Shown: positions 9,631 to 20,441, counted from the stretch's first letter. The stretch is 62,871 nucleotides of DNA from an uncultured Kineothrix sp. (GCA_964463365.1 CAYXCV010000002.1:1-62871), one strand, 5' to 3'. The notes: generated from the sequence alone by a model not told the origin. Numbers and translations are program-made.

Positions 9631-10683
9631 TTAAGTAAATAATCTGGAAATATCATTGAATAATACAAACACCATAAGCAGCATAAGCGCAACCATCCCT
9701 GCTAAATGTACCATGCCTTCTTTCTCCGGCGGTACCGGCTTACCTCGCAAAGCTTCTATTAAAAGAAATACAAGTCTGCCTCCGTCCAGAGCCGGAATAG
9801 GAAGAAGATTCAAAATCCCCAGGTTAACCGAAAGCAGTATCGCTATCCTCATCATAGAAAAAATTACTGAGCTGATTCCATATGGTTTTGCTTCCTCGTA
9901 TGTCTCACCGACTATTTGAGCAATTCCCACCGGCCCCGCCACATCATCTTTTGTAACCTGACCTTTGAAAATCATACCCAAGCTTTTAAATGTAGTACGA
10001 ACCCAATATTCCATTTCATAAAAGCTATATTGAAACACTTGCATCGGATTGCACTTTAAATATTCTCCCGCTCCCATAAATCCTATATAAAAACGACCGG
10101 TAGCACTGTCATAGATAGGAGTTATCTCTACACTATTTTTTACACCGTTACGTTCGAATTTAATTTCTAAATTCTCTCCCTTATTCAGCGCAGATATAAG
10201 CATTACTTGCCGATAGATATGGATCTTCTCACCATTGATTTCTGTTATTAGGTCACCGGATTCCATTCCGGCCGCCTGTGCCGCTCCATTGGGTGTCACC
10301 TCTTGGAGCACCGGTTTGTCAACTCCGGTAAAAGAAACAATCAAAAGAGACAAAATAAATGCTAAGAGAAAGTTAAATAGCGGTCCTGCCAAAATCGAGG
10401 ATATTCTTGCCCAAACACTTGCTGACAAAAATGATCCTTCATCTATCTCTCCATCTTCCTTTATAACACCATCTTCACCATCGAACATGCAAGCACCGCC
10501 GATAGGAAAGACCTTCAGGCTATAAACAGTCTCACCCTTTTTAAAATGGAATATGGTAGGTCCCATGCCAACCGAAAACTCCACCACTCTTATTCCGTTT
10601 TTCTTAGCCAGTATAAAATGTCCAAATTCATGAGATATGACAATTAAGCCGAATATCAGTAAAAATATTATTATTGTTATCAA
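9631..10683 (-). CDS. rseP: RIP metalloprotease RseP/RasP
   Basis: HEFGH, PDZ domain, NLLPIPALDGG; canonical position after dxr. Confidence 0.96.
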   Translation of the reverse strand: MITIIIFLLIFGLIVISHEFGHFILAKKNGIRVVEFSVGMGPTIFHFKKGETVYSLKVFPIGGACMFDGEDGVIKEDGEIDEGSFLSASVWARISSILAGPLFNFLLAFILSLLIVSFTGVDKPVLQEVTPNGAAQAAGMESGDLITEINGEKIHIYRQVMLISALNKGENLEIKFERNGVKNSVEITPIYDSATGRFYIGFMGAGEYLKCNPMQVFQYSFYEMEYWVRTTFKSLGMIFKGQVTKDDVAGPVGIAQIVGETYEEAKPYGISSVIFSMMRIAILLSVNLGILNLLPIPALDGGRLVFLLIEALRGKPVPPEKEGMVHLAGMVALMLLMVFVLFNDISRLFT

Positions 10684-11825
10684 TCCATCACCTGCTTTAT
10701 ATATTCATAAGTTTCTGTTTCTGTTTGAAGAATCTCTTCTATGCTGGGATCCGTGATAACTTTATGCATAGACATAGAGGCTTCAATCAATTCCGGGATC
10801 TGCATAAAACCAATTTTATGTGCTAAAAATAAGCTCACCGCTTTTTCGTTCGCGGCATTATATACAGTAGGCATGCTCCCTCCTGCACCTGCCGCTTCAA
10901 AGGCTAATTTCAAACCGTAAAACGTGTCGTAATCCGGTTTTTCAAATGTCATTTTTTTTAAATCAAAAAAATTAATTTTTGTACCGTTTAAAGGACGTCT
11001 GTCCGGATAAAACAAAGCATATGCGATAGGAAGTTTCATATCAGGTGCTCCAAGCTGCGCAATCACTGATCCATCTACATATTCTACCATGGAATGTATG
11101 ATGCTCTGTGGATGTACCACAACCTCAATCTGATTCAAATCCATATCAAAAAGCCACTTTGCCTCTATGACTTCCAAGCCTTTGTTTACCATAGTTGCTG
11201 AATCTATGGTGATTTTTCTTCCCATTGACCAGTTTGGATGTTTTAAGGCATCCTCTGCCTTCATACCTTCCAAGTCTGTTCTTTTCTTTCCTCGAAACGG
11301 ACCACCGGAGGCTGTCAGCCATATCTTCTGTATACGCTTCTTGCTTTCGCCATTCATGGACTGGAAAATCGCGCTATGTTCACTATCTACCGGAAGAATA
11401 GAAACCTTGTTTTTTGCTGCCAGAGGCATAATAATATGTCCTGCCGTAACCAGTGTTTCTTTATTGGCTAATGCTATCGTCTTCCCCTTTTCAATTGCCG
11501 CAATGGTCGGTCTTATACCAATCATTCCCACAATTGCGGTAACCAATACTTCTACTTCTTCCATTACTGCAATTTCCAGAAGCCCCTCCATACCGCATAA
11601 TACTTTTACATTCAAATCTGAAACTTTTAATTTAAGCTCTCTGCAAGCTTTTTCTTCCCACATGGCTACGATTGACGGCTCAAATTCACGAATTTGCTGT
11701 TCCATTAATTCTATATTACTTCCTGCCGCCAGTGCCGCTATTTTTAAATCTTTATTGTTTCGTACAATTTCTAATGTCTGTGTGCCAATGGAACCGGTTG
11801 ACCCTAAAATTGCAATATTTCTCAT
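10680..11825 (-). CDS. dxr: 1-deoxy-D-xylulose-5-phosphate reductoisomerase
   Basis: LGSTGSIG, LANKETLV, PVDSEHSA, HPNWSMG, NKGLEVIEA. Confidence 0.99.
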   Translation of the reverse strand: MRNIAILGSTGSIGTQTLEIVRNNKDLKIAALAAGSNIELMEQQIREFEPSIVAMWEEKACRELKLKVSDLNVKVLCGMEGLLEIAVMEEVEVLVTAIVGMIGIRPTIAAIEKGKTIALANKETLVTAGHIIMPLAAKNKVSILPVDSEHSAIFQSMNGESKKRIQKIWLTASGGPFRGKKRTDLEGMKAEDALKHPNWSMGRKITIDSATMVNKGLEVIEAKWLFDMDLNQIEVVVHPQSIIHSMVEYVDGSVIAQLGAPDMKLPIAYALFYPDRRPLNGTKINFFDLKKMTFEKPDYDTFYGLKLAFEAAGAGGSMPTVYNAANEKAVSLFLAHKIGFMQIPELIEASMSMHKVITDPSIEEILQTETETYEYIKQVMD

Positions 11826-11869
11826 TGTTTATCTTTGCCCCTTTCAAAGTCCGGAGACTAAGTAATTAT

Positions 11870-12697
11870 TTAAATTTGTTTTATCAGTAATACTGCCAGG
11901 GCATAAATCATAGGTGCCGTAAAAATCACACTATCAAAACGATCCATAATGCCGCCATGCCCAGGGATTAGGTGTCCATAATCTTTAATCTCATGGTTCC
12001 TTTTTATTGCTGAAGCTGCCAAGTCACCAACCTGTGATATAATCGCTCCTATGGCGCTGATAATCACAAATATCCATGTAATCTTTTGTCCTATTATCAC
12101 TCTTTCAACGATAAAATGAGCATACAGTCCGCCAACAAGCGCCGAGCCCAATATTCCGCCAATCGCTCCCTCAATGGATTTTTTAGGACTTAACTTAGGA
12201 GCTAGTTTATGTTTTCCAAGAAGTATTCCGCTTAAGTATGCACAGCTGTCACATATCCATGAACTAATAAAAATCATCCAAACGATGTAAATACCGTATG
12301 CCAACTCTCTTGTCATGTAAATAAATGAAAACATCACCGGTGCATAAATAAAATTGAAAAAAGATGCCATAGTTTGTGACGCTTCATGCTTTGGAAACGT
12401 AAATACATATACAAACATATATGCAACAAACACGAATAAAATACAAAGGAATTGAGCTGACATACTTTTTACAAATACCATAATAGCATAATAAGAAATG
12501 ATTCCAATAAAACCAACCACTTCAAGTGCATTTATTTTCTGCTCTTTCGTATGAATCTTGCAAACCTTGCATAACTCATTATATGCAATGAGTGAGATTA
12601 AGAAAAGAATGGCAGCCAGCAGGTATCCTCCTTGTAAAAGTGTAACAAGAGCAACAAGCACAAGAATAATACTGCTAAACAAACGTGTCATAAACAT
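11870..12697 (-). CDS. cdsA: Phosphatidate cytidylyltransferase
   Basis: SPKKSIEG, KDYGHLIPGHGGIMDRFDS; multi-TM. Confidence 0.97.
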   Translation of the reverse strand: MFMTRLFSSIILVLVALVTLLQGGYLLAAILFLISLIAYNELCKVCKIHTKEQKINALEVVGFIGIISYYAIMVFVKSMSAQFLCILFVFVAYMFVYVFTFPKHEASQTMASFFNFIYAPVMFSFIYMTRELAYGIYIVWMIFISSWICDSCAYLSGILLGKHKLAPKLSPKKSIEGAIGGILGSALVGGLYAHFIVERVIIGQKITWIFVIISAIGAIISQVGDLAASAIKRNHEIKDYGHLIPGHGGIMDRFDSVIFTAPMIYALAVLLIKQI

Positions 12698-12700
12698 TCT

Positions 12701-13435
12701 TTATTCCTCCTTCACCAAGCCATATCTTCTATCTCTATTATTATATGCCTCTACAGCTTTTATCAATTCTTCCTTTGTAAAATCAGGCCATGCTACAGAG
12801 GTGAAGTAAAACTCTGTATAAGCAAGCTGCCATAATAAAAAATTAGAGATTCTTTGTTCATTGCATGTTCGTATCAACAAATCAGGATCCGGAAGACCTT
12901 TCGTATCTATGGTATCACTTATTAATTCCTCGCCAATGTTCTCCGGACTTAGAATACCATCATGAACTTGCTTTGCAATTTCCCTGACTGCTCTTGTAAT
13001 TTCATCCCTGCTTCCATAATTAAGTGCAATCTGAAAATGCAGTCCATCATTATTCTTTGTTGCTTCCTCCAGTTCAGCGATTCTTTGCTGGATATCTTGA
13101 TCTAATTTTGTTTTTTCGCCAATGACCCTTACACACATCCGATTTTTTTCCGCTGTTTTTAGACAGGTCTTCAAATAATTCCTAAGTAATTTCATTAGTG
13201 CCTCAACCTCTTCCTGAGGCCGACTCCAATTTTCAGTTGAAAAAGCATATACCGTTAGATATTGTATTCCCATTTTATAGGCTTCTTCACAGATAATTTC
13301 TACAGTCTTTGCGCCTTGAACATGCCCATAATTTCTTGGCATCCCTTTACTTTTTGCCCAACGGCCATTTCCATCCAATATAATCGCAACATGATTCGGG
13401 ATTTTTAAGTTTATAAGCCTCTCATTATCCTGCAT
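12701..13435 (-). CDS. uppS: Undecaprenyl diphosphate synthase (isoprenyl transferase)
   Basis: HVAIILDGNGRWA, YAFSTENW, DPDLLIRT, RISNFLLWQ; start set at the ATG after GGAG. Confidence 0.97.
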   Translation of the reverse strand: MQDNERLINLKIPNHVAIILDGNGRWAKSKGMPRNYGHVQGAKTVEIICEEAYKMGIQYLTVYAFSTENWSRPQEEVEALMKLLRNYLKTCLKTAEKNRMCVRVIGEKTKLDQDIQQRIAELEEATKNNDGLHFQIALNYGSRDEITRAVREIAKQVHDGILSPENIGEELISDTIDTKGLPDPDLLIRTCNEQRISNFLLWQLAYTEFYFTSVAWPDFTKEELIKAVEAYNNRDRRYGLVKEE

Positions 13436-13505
13436 ATTAATCTCCATTCTGCCAAAGTCTGGCGACTTTGAGCGGCAGCTCATATTTCTATTAGCGATAC
13501 GGTCA

Positions 13506-13541
13506 AAAGGGACAATACGACTTCCATCGACTGTCCCTTCC
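13506..13541 (-). terminator. Intrinsic terminator after frr
   Basis: AAGGGACA / TGTCCCTT stem with T tail on the minus strand. Confidence 0.6.
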
Positions 13542-13550
13542 TTTTATAAT

Positions 13551-14102
13551 TTATACCGTAAGAATTTCCTTTGATTTCTCCTCTACAAGCTTATCAATCT
13601 CTTTAATAAACTTATCGGTTAATTTCTGAAGTTCTTCTTCCAGCAACTTAATTTCGTCTTCCGAAACATCTTCTTTTAATAATTTTTTAAAGGTGTCATT
13701 CCCTTCTCGCCTAATATTGCGGACTGCAACTTTTCCTTCTTCACCTTTTTTCTTTATATCTTTCACTAGTTCTTTTCTGCGCTCTTCTGTCAGTTCTGGA
13801 AAAACAAGACGTATCACCACACCGTCGTTAGATGGTGTAATCCCCACATCAGAAGCCATAATTGCCTTCTCAATATCTTTTATAAGAGTTTTCTCCCATG
13901 GTGCTATCTGAATCATTCTTGGTTCCGGTACTGTAATATTCCCCACTTGCTGAAGCGGGGTTGGTGTACCATAATAGTCTATTCTAATCTTATCAAGTAC
14001 ATGAGGGTTCGCCCGTCCTGCACGAATCGTCATATAATCAGACACTAAATATTCGTATGCTTTATTCATCTTTTTGTCAAAAGTCTGTAATCTCTCGTTC
14101 AT
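13551..14102 (-). CDS. frr: Ribosome recycling factor
   Basis: IRAGRANP, DYYGTPTPL, PELTEERRKE, VRNIRR. Confidence 0.99.
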   Translation of the reverse strand: MNERLQTFDKKMNKAYEYLVSDYMTIRAGRANPHVLDKIRIDYYGTPTPLQQVGNITVPEPRMIQIAPWEKTLIKDIEKAIMASDVGITPSNDGVVIRLVFPELTEERRKELVKDIKKKGEEGKVAVRNIRREGNDTFKKLLKEDVSEDEIKLLEEELQKLTDKFIKEIDKLVEEKSKEILTV

Positions 14103-14133
14103 ATACTATTATCCTCCAATTATATTATTATAT

Positions 14134-14829
14134 TTATACTCTAACTTTAGTTCCGGAAAAATTACCATTTACGGTATCGACAATACTATTTTCTTTATTT
14201 AATCCAAATACCCACATTGGCATTTTATTGTCTCTCGCTAAAATAGAAGCTGTCATATCCACTACCTGAAGGTTTTTCTCTATTACTTCTTCAATCGTTA
14301 CTTCTTCATACCTTTTTGCATTCGGATTGACTCTTGGGTCATCATCATAAACACCATCTACTGATTTTGCCAGCAGAACAACATCAGCATCTACTTCAAT
14401 AGCCCTTAATATCACACCTGTATCTGTTGAAAAATAAGGATGTCCCGTACCTCCTGCAAAAAACACTACTTTACCCTGATTAAAATATTTATTTGCTCTA
14501 TCCTTTGAAAATAACTTTGAAAAGGATGCACATTCAAAAGGAGTAAGTATCTCTGTTCCCATTCCTACAGAACGGAATATTTCTGATACATAGATGCAGT
14601 TCATGATGGTTGCAAGCATTCCAATCTGATCCGCTTTTGTACGATCAATATGTTCACTGGAGCGTCCCCGCCAGAAATTACCTCCCCCAATCACAATTCC
14701 GACCTGCGTTTTATCCTCAACAAGCTGTTTCACTTGGATAGCAACCCCTCTGACCGTTTCTTCATCAAATCCAGTCTTTTTCTCGCCTGCCAGAGCTTCC
14801 CCGCTGAGCTTTAATAATATCTTCTTCAT
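14134..14829 (-). CDS. pyrH: UMP kinase
   Basis: LLKLSGEAL, GGGNFWRG, GTGHPYFSTDT. Confidence 0.99.
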   Translation of the reverse strand: MKKILLKLSGEALAGEKKTGFDEETVRGVAIQVKQLVEDKTQVGIVIGGGNFWRGRSSEHIDRTKADQIGMLATIMNCIYVSEIFRSVGMGTEILTPFECASFSKLFSKDRANKYFNQGKVVFFAGGTGHPYFSTDTGVILRAIEVDADVVLLAKSVDGVYDDDPRVNPNAKRYEEVTIEEVIEKNLQVVDMTASILARDNKMPMWVFGLNKENSIVDTVNGNFSGTKVRV

Positions 14830-14951
14830 CTCATCCTTACCTTATTAATTATTTTTATAAATTAGAACAACATAATACATTGTATCATATATATACTTTA
14901 TATAAAAGAGCGAAAACTAAATAACAAAACACTACTCCTTTGTATCAGACA

Positions 14952-15305
14952 CTACAGAGATCTTATGATTTCGCAGATATTTTCATAGTTATCATTTAAA
15001 TCTTCCATATCTTTTGCAATATCATCATACTGCTCCATACGCAATTTGCTCACGATAGTAGACACCGGATTCTGTATGCAATTCATGCCTAAATTAGCCG
15101 ACAGTCCCTTTAAGGTATGTGCATAATTAAATGCCTTTTCATAATCTTTCTCTATGATGGATGCTATCATATCCTGATAGTTGTGATCATCCAAAAATCT
15201 TCTCAAGAATTTCAAGAATAGATCATCATTGTTCATAAAACGTTCCATTGTCTTTACAACGTCTATTCCATTGTCTTCTAATTTTTTACTTAATTCTGAA
15301 TCCAT
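14952..15305 (-). CDS. Stand-alone Hpt phosphotransfer protein
   Basis: AHTLKGLSANLG motif; start set at the ATG after AAAGGAGG. Confidence 0.9.
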   Translation of the reverse strand: MDSELSKKLEDNGIDVVKTMERFMNNDDLFLKFLRRFLDDHNYQDMIASIIEKDYEKAFNYAHTLKGLSANLGMNCIQNPVSTIVSKLRMEQYDDIAKDMEDLNDNYENICEIIRSL

Positions 15306-15346
15306 TATGTAGTATCCTCCTTTTGTAATCTGCATATTTGACACGC

Positions 15347-15742
15347 TTATGAAAGTAATCCAATTTTTTTCAAAATTTCATCGAATTTCCCTGTATCAAT
15401 TGGTTTTGCAGAATATGCGGTGCACTCCATATCAAAAGCCTTTTTCACATCTTTTTCTTCATTTAATGCGGTTGTCATAACAATTTTCACATAATTCTCC
15501 GGAGCAACTCCCTGCATTTTTTCAATTTTTCTTATTTCTCCAAGTACTTGATATCCATTCATAACCGGCATCATGACATCCAGACAAATCAAATCATATG
15601 GATCTTCCTCTTCCAATGCCATAATAAATGTCTCCAATGCCTCAACGCCATCTACCGTAATGTCGCACTCCCCATAACGGCTCAAATATTTATCCATAAA
15701 TTTTCTGCTGGCAAAATCGTCTTCCGCTAATAATATTTTCAT
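15347..15742 (-). CDS. Single-domain CheY-like response regulator
   Basis: ILLAEDD, LICLDVMMPVMNG, MTTA, SAKP. Confidence 0.92.
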   Translation of the reverse strand: MKILLAEDDFASRKFMDKYLSRYGECDITVDGVEALETFIMALEEEDPYDLICLDVMMPVMNGYQVLGEIRKIEKMQGVAPENYVKIVMTTALNEEKDVKKAFDMECTAYSAKPIDTGKFDEILKKIGLLS

Positions 15743-15854
15743 TGTCTCTTCCCTTTCTCCGCTGTGCGGCATGAAAAATTTATATTTAGCTTCACAAGCT
15801 ATATATTTTATCTTTTAAATATTCCTCTATCTAACAATATATTATATATGTTTT

Positions 15855-16934
15855 TCAGTTGTGCCGCAATTGTTTCTTTATCCTCAGAAATACATCTACA
15901 ATATCGGGATCAAAATATATTCCTTTACTCTGTTCTATTATTTGTATACTTTCATCCATGGTATATGCCGCTTTATAAAAACGTTCCCCAGTTAAAGTAT
16001 CAAACCGATCAATGAGAGAAACAATTCTGGCACAAAGAGGTATCTCATTTTCTTTTAAACCCTCCGGATATCCTGTCCCATTCCATCTTTCATGATGATA
16101 CCTGGCAATGTTGATTGCCATAGGAAGAAAGTCGTTTTTTTCTGCATTTGCATATATTTCTTCCAGAATCAGTGCTCCAGTTTCCGTATGCTTTTTTCGT
16201 TCCTCTTGTTCCGCTTCACTTAGCCTGCCTGTTTTTAGTAACAATTCATCGGGCATTCTTATCTTACCAATGTCATGAAGCATTGCTGCCACTCCGATTT
16301 TCTCAATAAATGCCGCAGTAATTTCTTTTTCAAATATAGGGCTGATCTGTAGGCTCTGCGCCAGTACTCTACTATTATAACTAATATTTTCTAAGTGATT
16401 ATTGGTAGAATTATCTCTGCCCTCCGTAATTTTTGCAAGTGCAAATAAAATATTCTTCTGCTCCGCTTCTATACGAGCCATCTGCTCATTCACCAATAGA
16501 TTCAGCCGGAAACTATAGGCTTCCATTTCCTTTTGCATTTCGTACAATTTAAGATGATTTTCTATTCGCTTAGTAACTTCAAGAGGTTCGAAAGGTTTCG
16601 TAATAAAATCCACTGCACCTGCCTTAAACCCTTTGATTTTATCATCGCTTCCATCCATTGCGGATATGAAGATAACCGGAATATCCCGAGTCCTTTTATT
16701 TTTTTTCAATATTTCACATAGTTCATATCCACTCATTTCCGGCATAGAAACATCTAACAATATAATCTGAGGCAATGTATAATTCATAATCTCTAGAGCA
16801 CCCTTGCCTTCATTTGCTGCCAGTGGTATATATCCCATCTTCTTTATAATCTGTTCTAAAATGATTACGTTGATTTCCAAGTCATCTACAATTAATATCC
16901 GCGGTATCTCCCGCCCTTTATTCTCCGTTTCCAT
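15855..16934 (-). CDS. Response regulator with HD-GYP c-di-GMP phosphodiesterase domain (RpfG-like)
   Basis: REC domain plus LHDIGK and HHERWNGTGYPEGL. Confidence 0.93.
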   Translation of the reverse strand: METENKGREIPRILIVDDLEINVIILEQIIKKMGYIPLAANEGKGALEIMNYTLPQIILLDVSMPEMSGYELCEILKKNKRTRDIPVIFISAMDGSDDKIKGFKAGAVDFITKPFEPLEVTKRIENHLKLYEMQKEMEAYSFRLNLLVNEQMARIEAEQKNILFALAKITEGRDNSTNNHLENISYNSRVLAQSLQISPIFEKEITAAFIEKIGVAAMLHDIGKIRMPDELLLKTGRLSEAEQEERKKHTETGALILEEIYANAEKNDFLPMAINIARYHHERWNGTGYPEGLKENEIPLCARIVSLIDRFDTLTGERFYKAAYTMDESIQIIEQSKGIYFDPDIVDVFLRIKKQLRHN

Positions 16935-18381
16935 AGGCAATCTCCTCGGTATCTTCTATTAACTTTTTCAAATTATCATAACATTTTATACTTGTATCAT
17001 AATTTTCTTTTCTGATTGCCATCTGAAGTTTAAGCACTGCTCTTTTTATATCAACCTCTGCATTTTCAACCAGACTGCCAAGTTCACCAGTCCACATCTC
17101 AGCCTTTTCCCATGCTCCTAATTCAATTCCGAGAATAAGCTTTTCCATGCGACCGACAATTTCACCTCTATTTTTTTCCGTTCCAAAGTGATAGTATTCT
17201 TCAATTTCTTTATAGTCTTTGGAACTATTTTGTTGTTCAATGAATTGAATAATTTCTTTTTTATACTCTTCCTTAGCCGACTCTTTTTCAGCGGTCTGAA
17301 GGCGTATTGAGAATGAAAAATTACTACCTCTTCCCTTTTCACTTTCTAAGTATATCTTACCTTTCATCATTTCAACCAGTTCTTTTGTAATCGCTAACCC
17401 TAACCCCGTACCACCGTATTTTCTGGTTATGGAAGCATCCACCTGGGAAAAACTTTTAAATAAGTCTTCTTGCTCCTCCAGCGCAATTCCTATCCCTGAA
17501 TCAGCTACAACAAAAAATAATTCCACTTCATTATTTTTACGCATAGTCAACATGGCTTCTATTCTGATAAAACCGATTGAGGTAAACTTAATTGCATTGG
17601 ACAAGAAGTTATTTAATATTTGTGTAATCCGCAGCTCATCGCCTATTAATAATTTAGGAATATTCTCATCAATATTAACCGTTAACTTCAGCCCCTTTTC
17701 ATTGACCGCTGCCATATTGGTTGATATGATATGATCCATCATATCCTGAAAATTAAACTTCCTCTCCTCCATCTCAAATTTGCCTGATTGGACTTTAGAA
17801 AAATCCAATATATTATTTATGATGGAGGACATATTATTGCAGCAGTGTTCAATGATATCCAGTGTCTTCCTTTGTTCCGTCGTCAGATAGGTCTCTTTGA
17901 GATTTTCTACATGTCCTCTTATTCCGTTTAATGGGGTACGAAGCTCATGGGTAACATTTGCTGCAAATTCATTCTTTACTTCAGCTAGCTGTGTTGCCAC
18001 TTCTTTATAGTGCACCAACTCATGTTCCATATTTTTACTTATCTCAATATCAATTGCAAATAGCAAATAGCAATCTGCCTCCTCATAATACTTAATTTGT
18101 ATACCTGCACTGAAACAAGTTCCATTCTTCCTGTATATAAATGCTTCTTTCTGCTCTGTTAGTGACTGCAATGCCTTCGAAAAGATATCTTCTTCTTTAA
18201 AAGATTTCCGTAAAATTTCTGATATATTAATCTCTGTTATCTTTTCATCATAACCCAATACTTCTTTTGCGGTTTTATTATAATCCAAGATATTTCCTGC
18301 TTCATCGAACATAATAATCAGTTCCATTGTATATTCCATTAAAGCATTGATTATTTTATTTTGTTCTTTGTTATCCATCAT
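16918..18381 (-). CDS. Cytoplasmic PAS-domain sensor histidine kinase
   Basis: PAS N-terminus, HELRTPLNG, NNFLSNAIKFT, DSGIGI, GGTGLGLAI; no TM segments; helical C-terminal tail. Confidence 0.92.
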   Translation of the reverse strand: MMDNKEQNKIINALMEYTMELIIMFDEAGNILDYNKTAKEVLGYDEKITEINISEILRKSFKEEDIFSKALQSLTEQKEAFIYRKNGTCFSAGIQIKYYEEADCYLLFAIDIEISKNMEHELVHYKEVATQLAEVKNEFAANVTHELRTPLNGIRGHVENLKETYLTTEQRKTLDIIEHCCNNMSSIINNILDFSKVQSGKFEMEERKFNFQDMMDHIISTNMAAVNEKGLKLTVNIDENIPKLLIGDELRITQILNNFLSNAIKFTSIGFIRIEAMLTMRKNNEVELFFVVADSGIGIALEEQEDLFKSFSQVDASITRKYGGTGLGLAITKELVEMMKGKIYLESEKGRGSNFSFSIRLQTAEKESAKEEYKKEIIQFIEQQNSSKDYKEIEEYYHFGTEKNRGEIVGRMEKLILGIELGAWEKAEMWTGELGSLVENAEVDIKRAVLKLQMAIRKENYDTSIKCYDNLKKLIEDTEEIAYGNGE

Positions 18382-18426
18382 TATTTTACTTCTTCCTCTT
18401 TATTGCATTTACACTTATGCCTCAGA

Positions 18427-18460
18427 CAAAAACAGCCTCTCTTTGCGAAAAGCTGCTTTT
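18427..18460 (-). terminator. Intrinsic terminator after the GGDEF-EAL gene
   Basis: Minus strand AAAAGCAGCTTTTC-GCAAA-GAGAGGCTGTTTTTG. Confidence 0.65.
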
Positions 18461-18494
18461 AATTATTGAGAATAACATCTTTCTCTACATGCTT

Positions 18495-20323
18495 TTACTT
18501 CCCATTTTTAAAATATTTAACTAAAAAATCATTGATAGGTATCGGTCTGGAAAAATGATAGCCTTGTCCGCAGTCACATCCATATTTTTTTAAAATATCA
18601 AGCTCTTCTAAAGTCTCAATACCCTCTGCCACAACTTGACACATCTCCAATTCTTTCAACATTTTAATCGTATATTGGGTAATCGTTCTTGTTTTTTCAT
18701 TGATTGTTAATTCACTGATAATACTTCTGTCTAATTTAATTTCATCAAAGCCAATATTCGTCAGCATAGCCATATTGGAATATTCCGTTCCGTAATCATC
18801 AAGTGATATTCCAAAACCAGCCGCCTTTATATTGTATACCAGAGTCACAAGCTCTTCAATTCTTAACTTTGCGGCAGATTCTGTAACTTCAATCGTAATT
18901 ACTGACGGATTAATCCCATACTTTCTGCAAATGGCAATCATATTATTTACCACATCATATTCCAGCAAAGTAACTCTGGAAAAATTAACAGAAATATTGC
19001 CGATTTCTTGTCCTTGTTTTTTCAAATCATATAGGAGGCTGCATACCGTTTCTAATACGAAAAAATCAATATGTCTAATCATTCCATGTGCCTCAAACGT
19101 TGGTATAAAACTGTCAGGAAATATCAGATTCCCTTCTTTATCAGAACCTCTTATTAAGGCTTCTGCTCCACATAAAACTTCCGTTGTCAAACTAATCTTA
19201 GGCTGTAAAAATACCTTGTATCTTCCTTCTTTTAAATCATTTAACAACTGCTTTACCAATGAATAATTATGATTATAGTCTTCCACTTCAACCTGTTGAT
19301 AGTATTGCTGCTTATTGGCATACATCAGATCATCTGCATGTTTGATAAGTCCCTTTACATTAAAATTCTTTTCTTCCCAAATGGTTCCTACCGATGCAGT
19401 AAGGTCTTTTCCATCGGTTACCATTTCACGCAAAATCTTTACATTATGATTAAATTCATCCTGAGCCATATCCAGGCAGAGCACTACAAATTCATCACCG
19501 CCTATTCTATAGATATTCTCTTTGAAAATATCAGTGAGAGTGTCCGCCAACTTTTTCAATAAATAATCACCATAATCATGTCCAAACTGATCATTTGCTA
19601 CCTTTAGCCCATTCAAATCAATATAGACAACTCCCAATTTATCCGGACAATCCTGTTCCAGCTTTAAGATGTCTTTTAAATATTTATTTCGATTAAATAA
19701 TTCTGTCAAAACATCAATATACTAAGCCGTTCAAGTTCCATGACCATACGGCGTTTTTGAATATCATTGATAATAAAATAAGTTACTGAAGTCAGTAGCG
19801 AAAAGTTATCGATTCCCTCTCTCGGATCATCGATTCCTATAAAGCCTTTTATCTGACCCCTTTCAACTAAAGGTGCCGCCATCAAACTTTTGATTCCTTG
19901 TGCCTTTAAAATACGATAATCTGCACTGTTTTCATCCAGATCCTCTTTTAAATTAGATATATAAAAGCTACCATATTTAGAAAAGTTAACAAACCAATCT
20001 GCGGCTACTTCTTTCGGAATATTCTGAAGATTATCAATTTCTGCGGAGACTCCTTCTGCACACCACTCATATGTATTATTTAAAAATGCATCATCTGCAC
20101 TGCATTCAAATATATATCCTCGATTGCCATTATGATAGCGGCAAAGAATTTCAAGCAATTTGTCGATTGCCTGCTTCAAGTCTTCAGTCTCAGTAAGTGT
20201 CCTGATACAACGTAGTAAAATATTGTCTATGCTTAACGTATTATCAGGGGTTTCCAACTGCTGCTCTTTATCTATATTTAGTTCGGGGGTTAATAAATTT
20301 TTTGTAAAAGTCATAGTAGTCAC
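18495..20323 (-). pseudogene. GAF-GGDEF-EAL diguanylate cyclase/phosphodiesterase split by a frameshift near 19720 (ORFs 19706-20323 and 18495-19709)
   Basis: Upstream ORF is GAF-like (NTYEWCAEG); downstream ORF has GGDEF, EAL and LDDYG; adding one T restores LSYIDVLTELFNRNKY. Confidence 0.8.
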
Positions 20324-20441
20324 CTCACGTAATACTAATGATGTTTATTATCTATTATTTTAACAAAAATTAGGGGTTTTTCCTAGTCCCTATTTACTAT
20401 TTTTCATATAAATTATTTTTTAATATCAAAATAATTTATTA

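Noticed and set aside
11167-11865. 232-aa plus-strand ORF
   Set aside because: Antisense shadow of dxr with no recognisable motifs; the same applies to the other short plus-strand ORFs overlapping real genes
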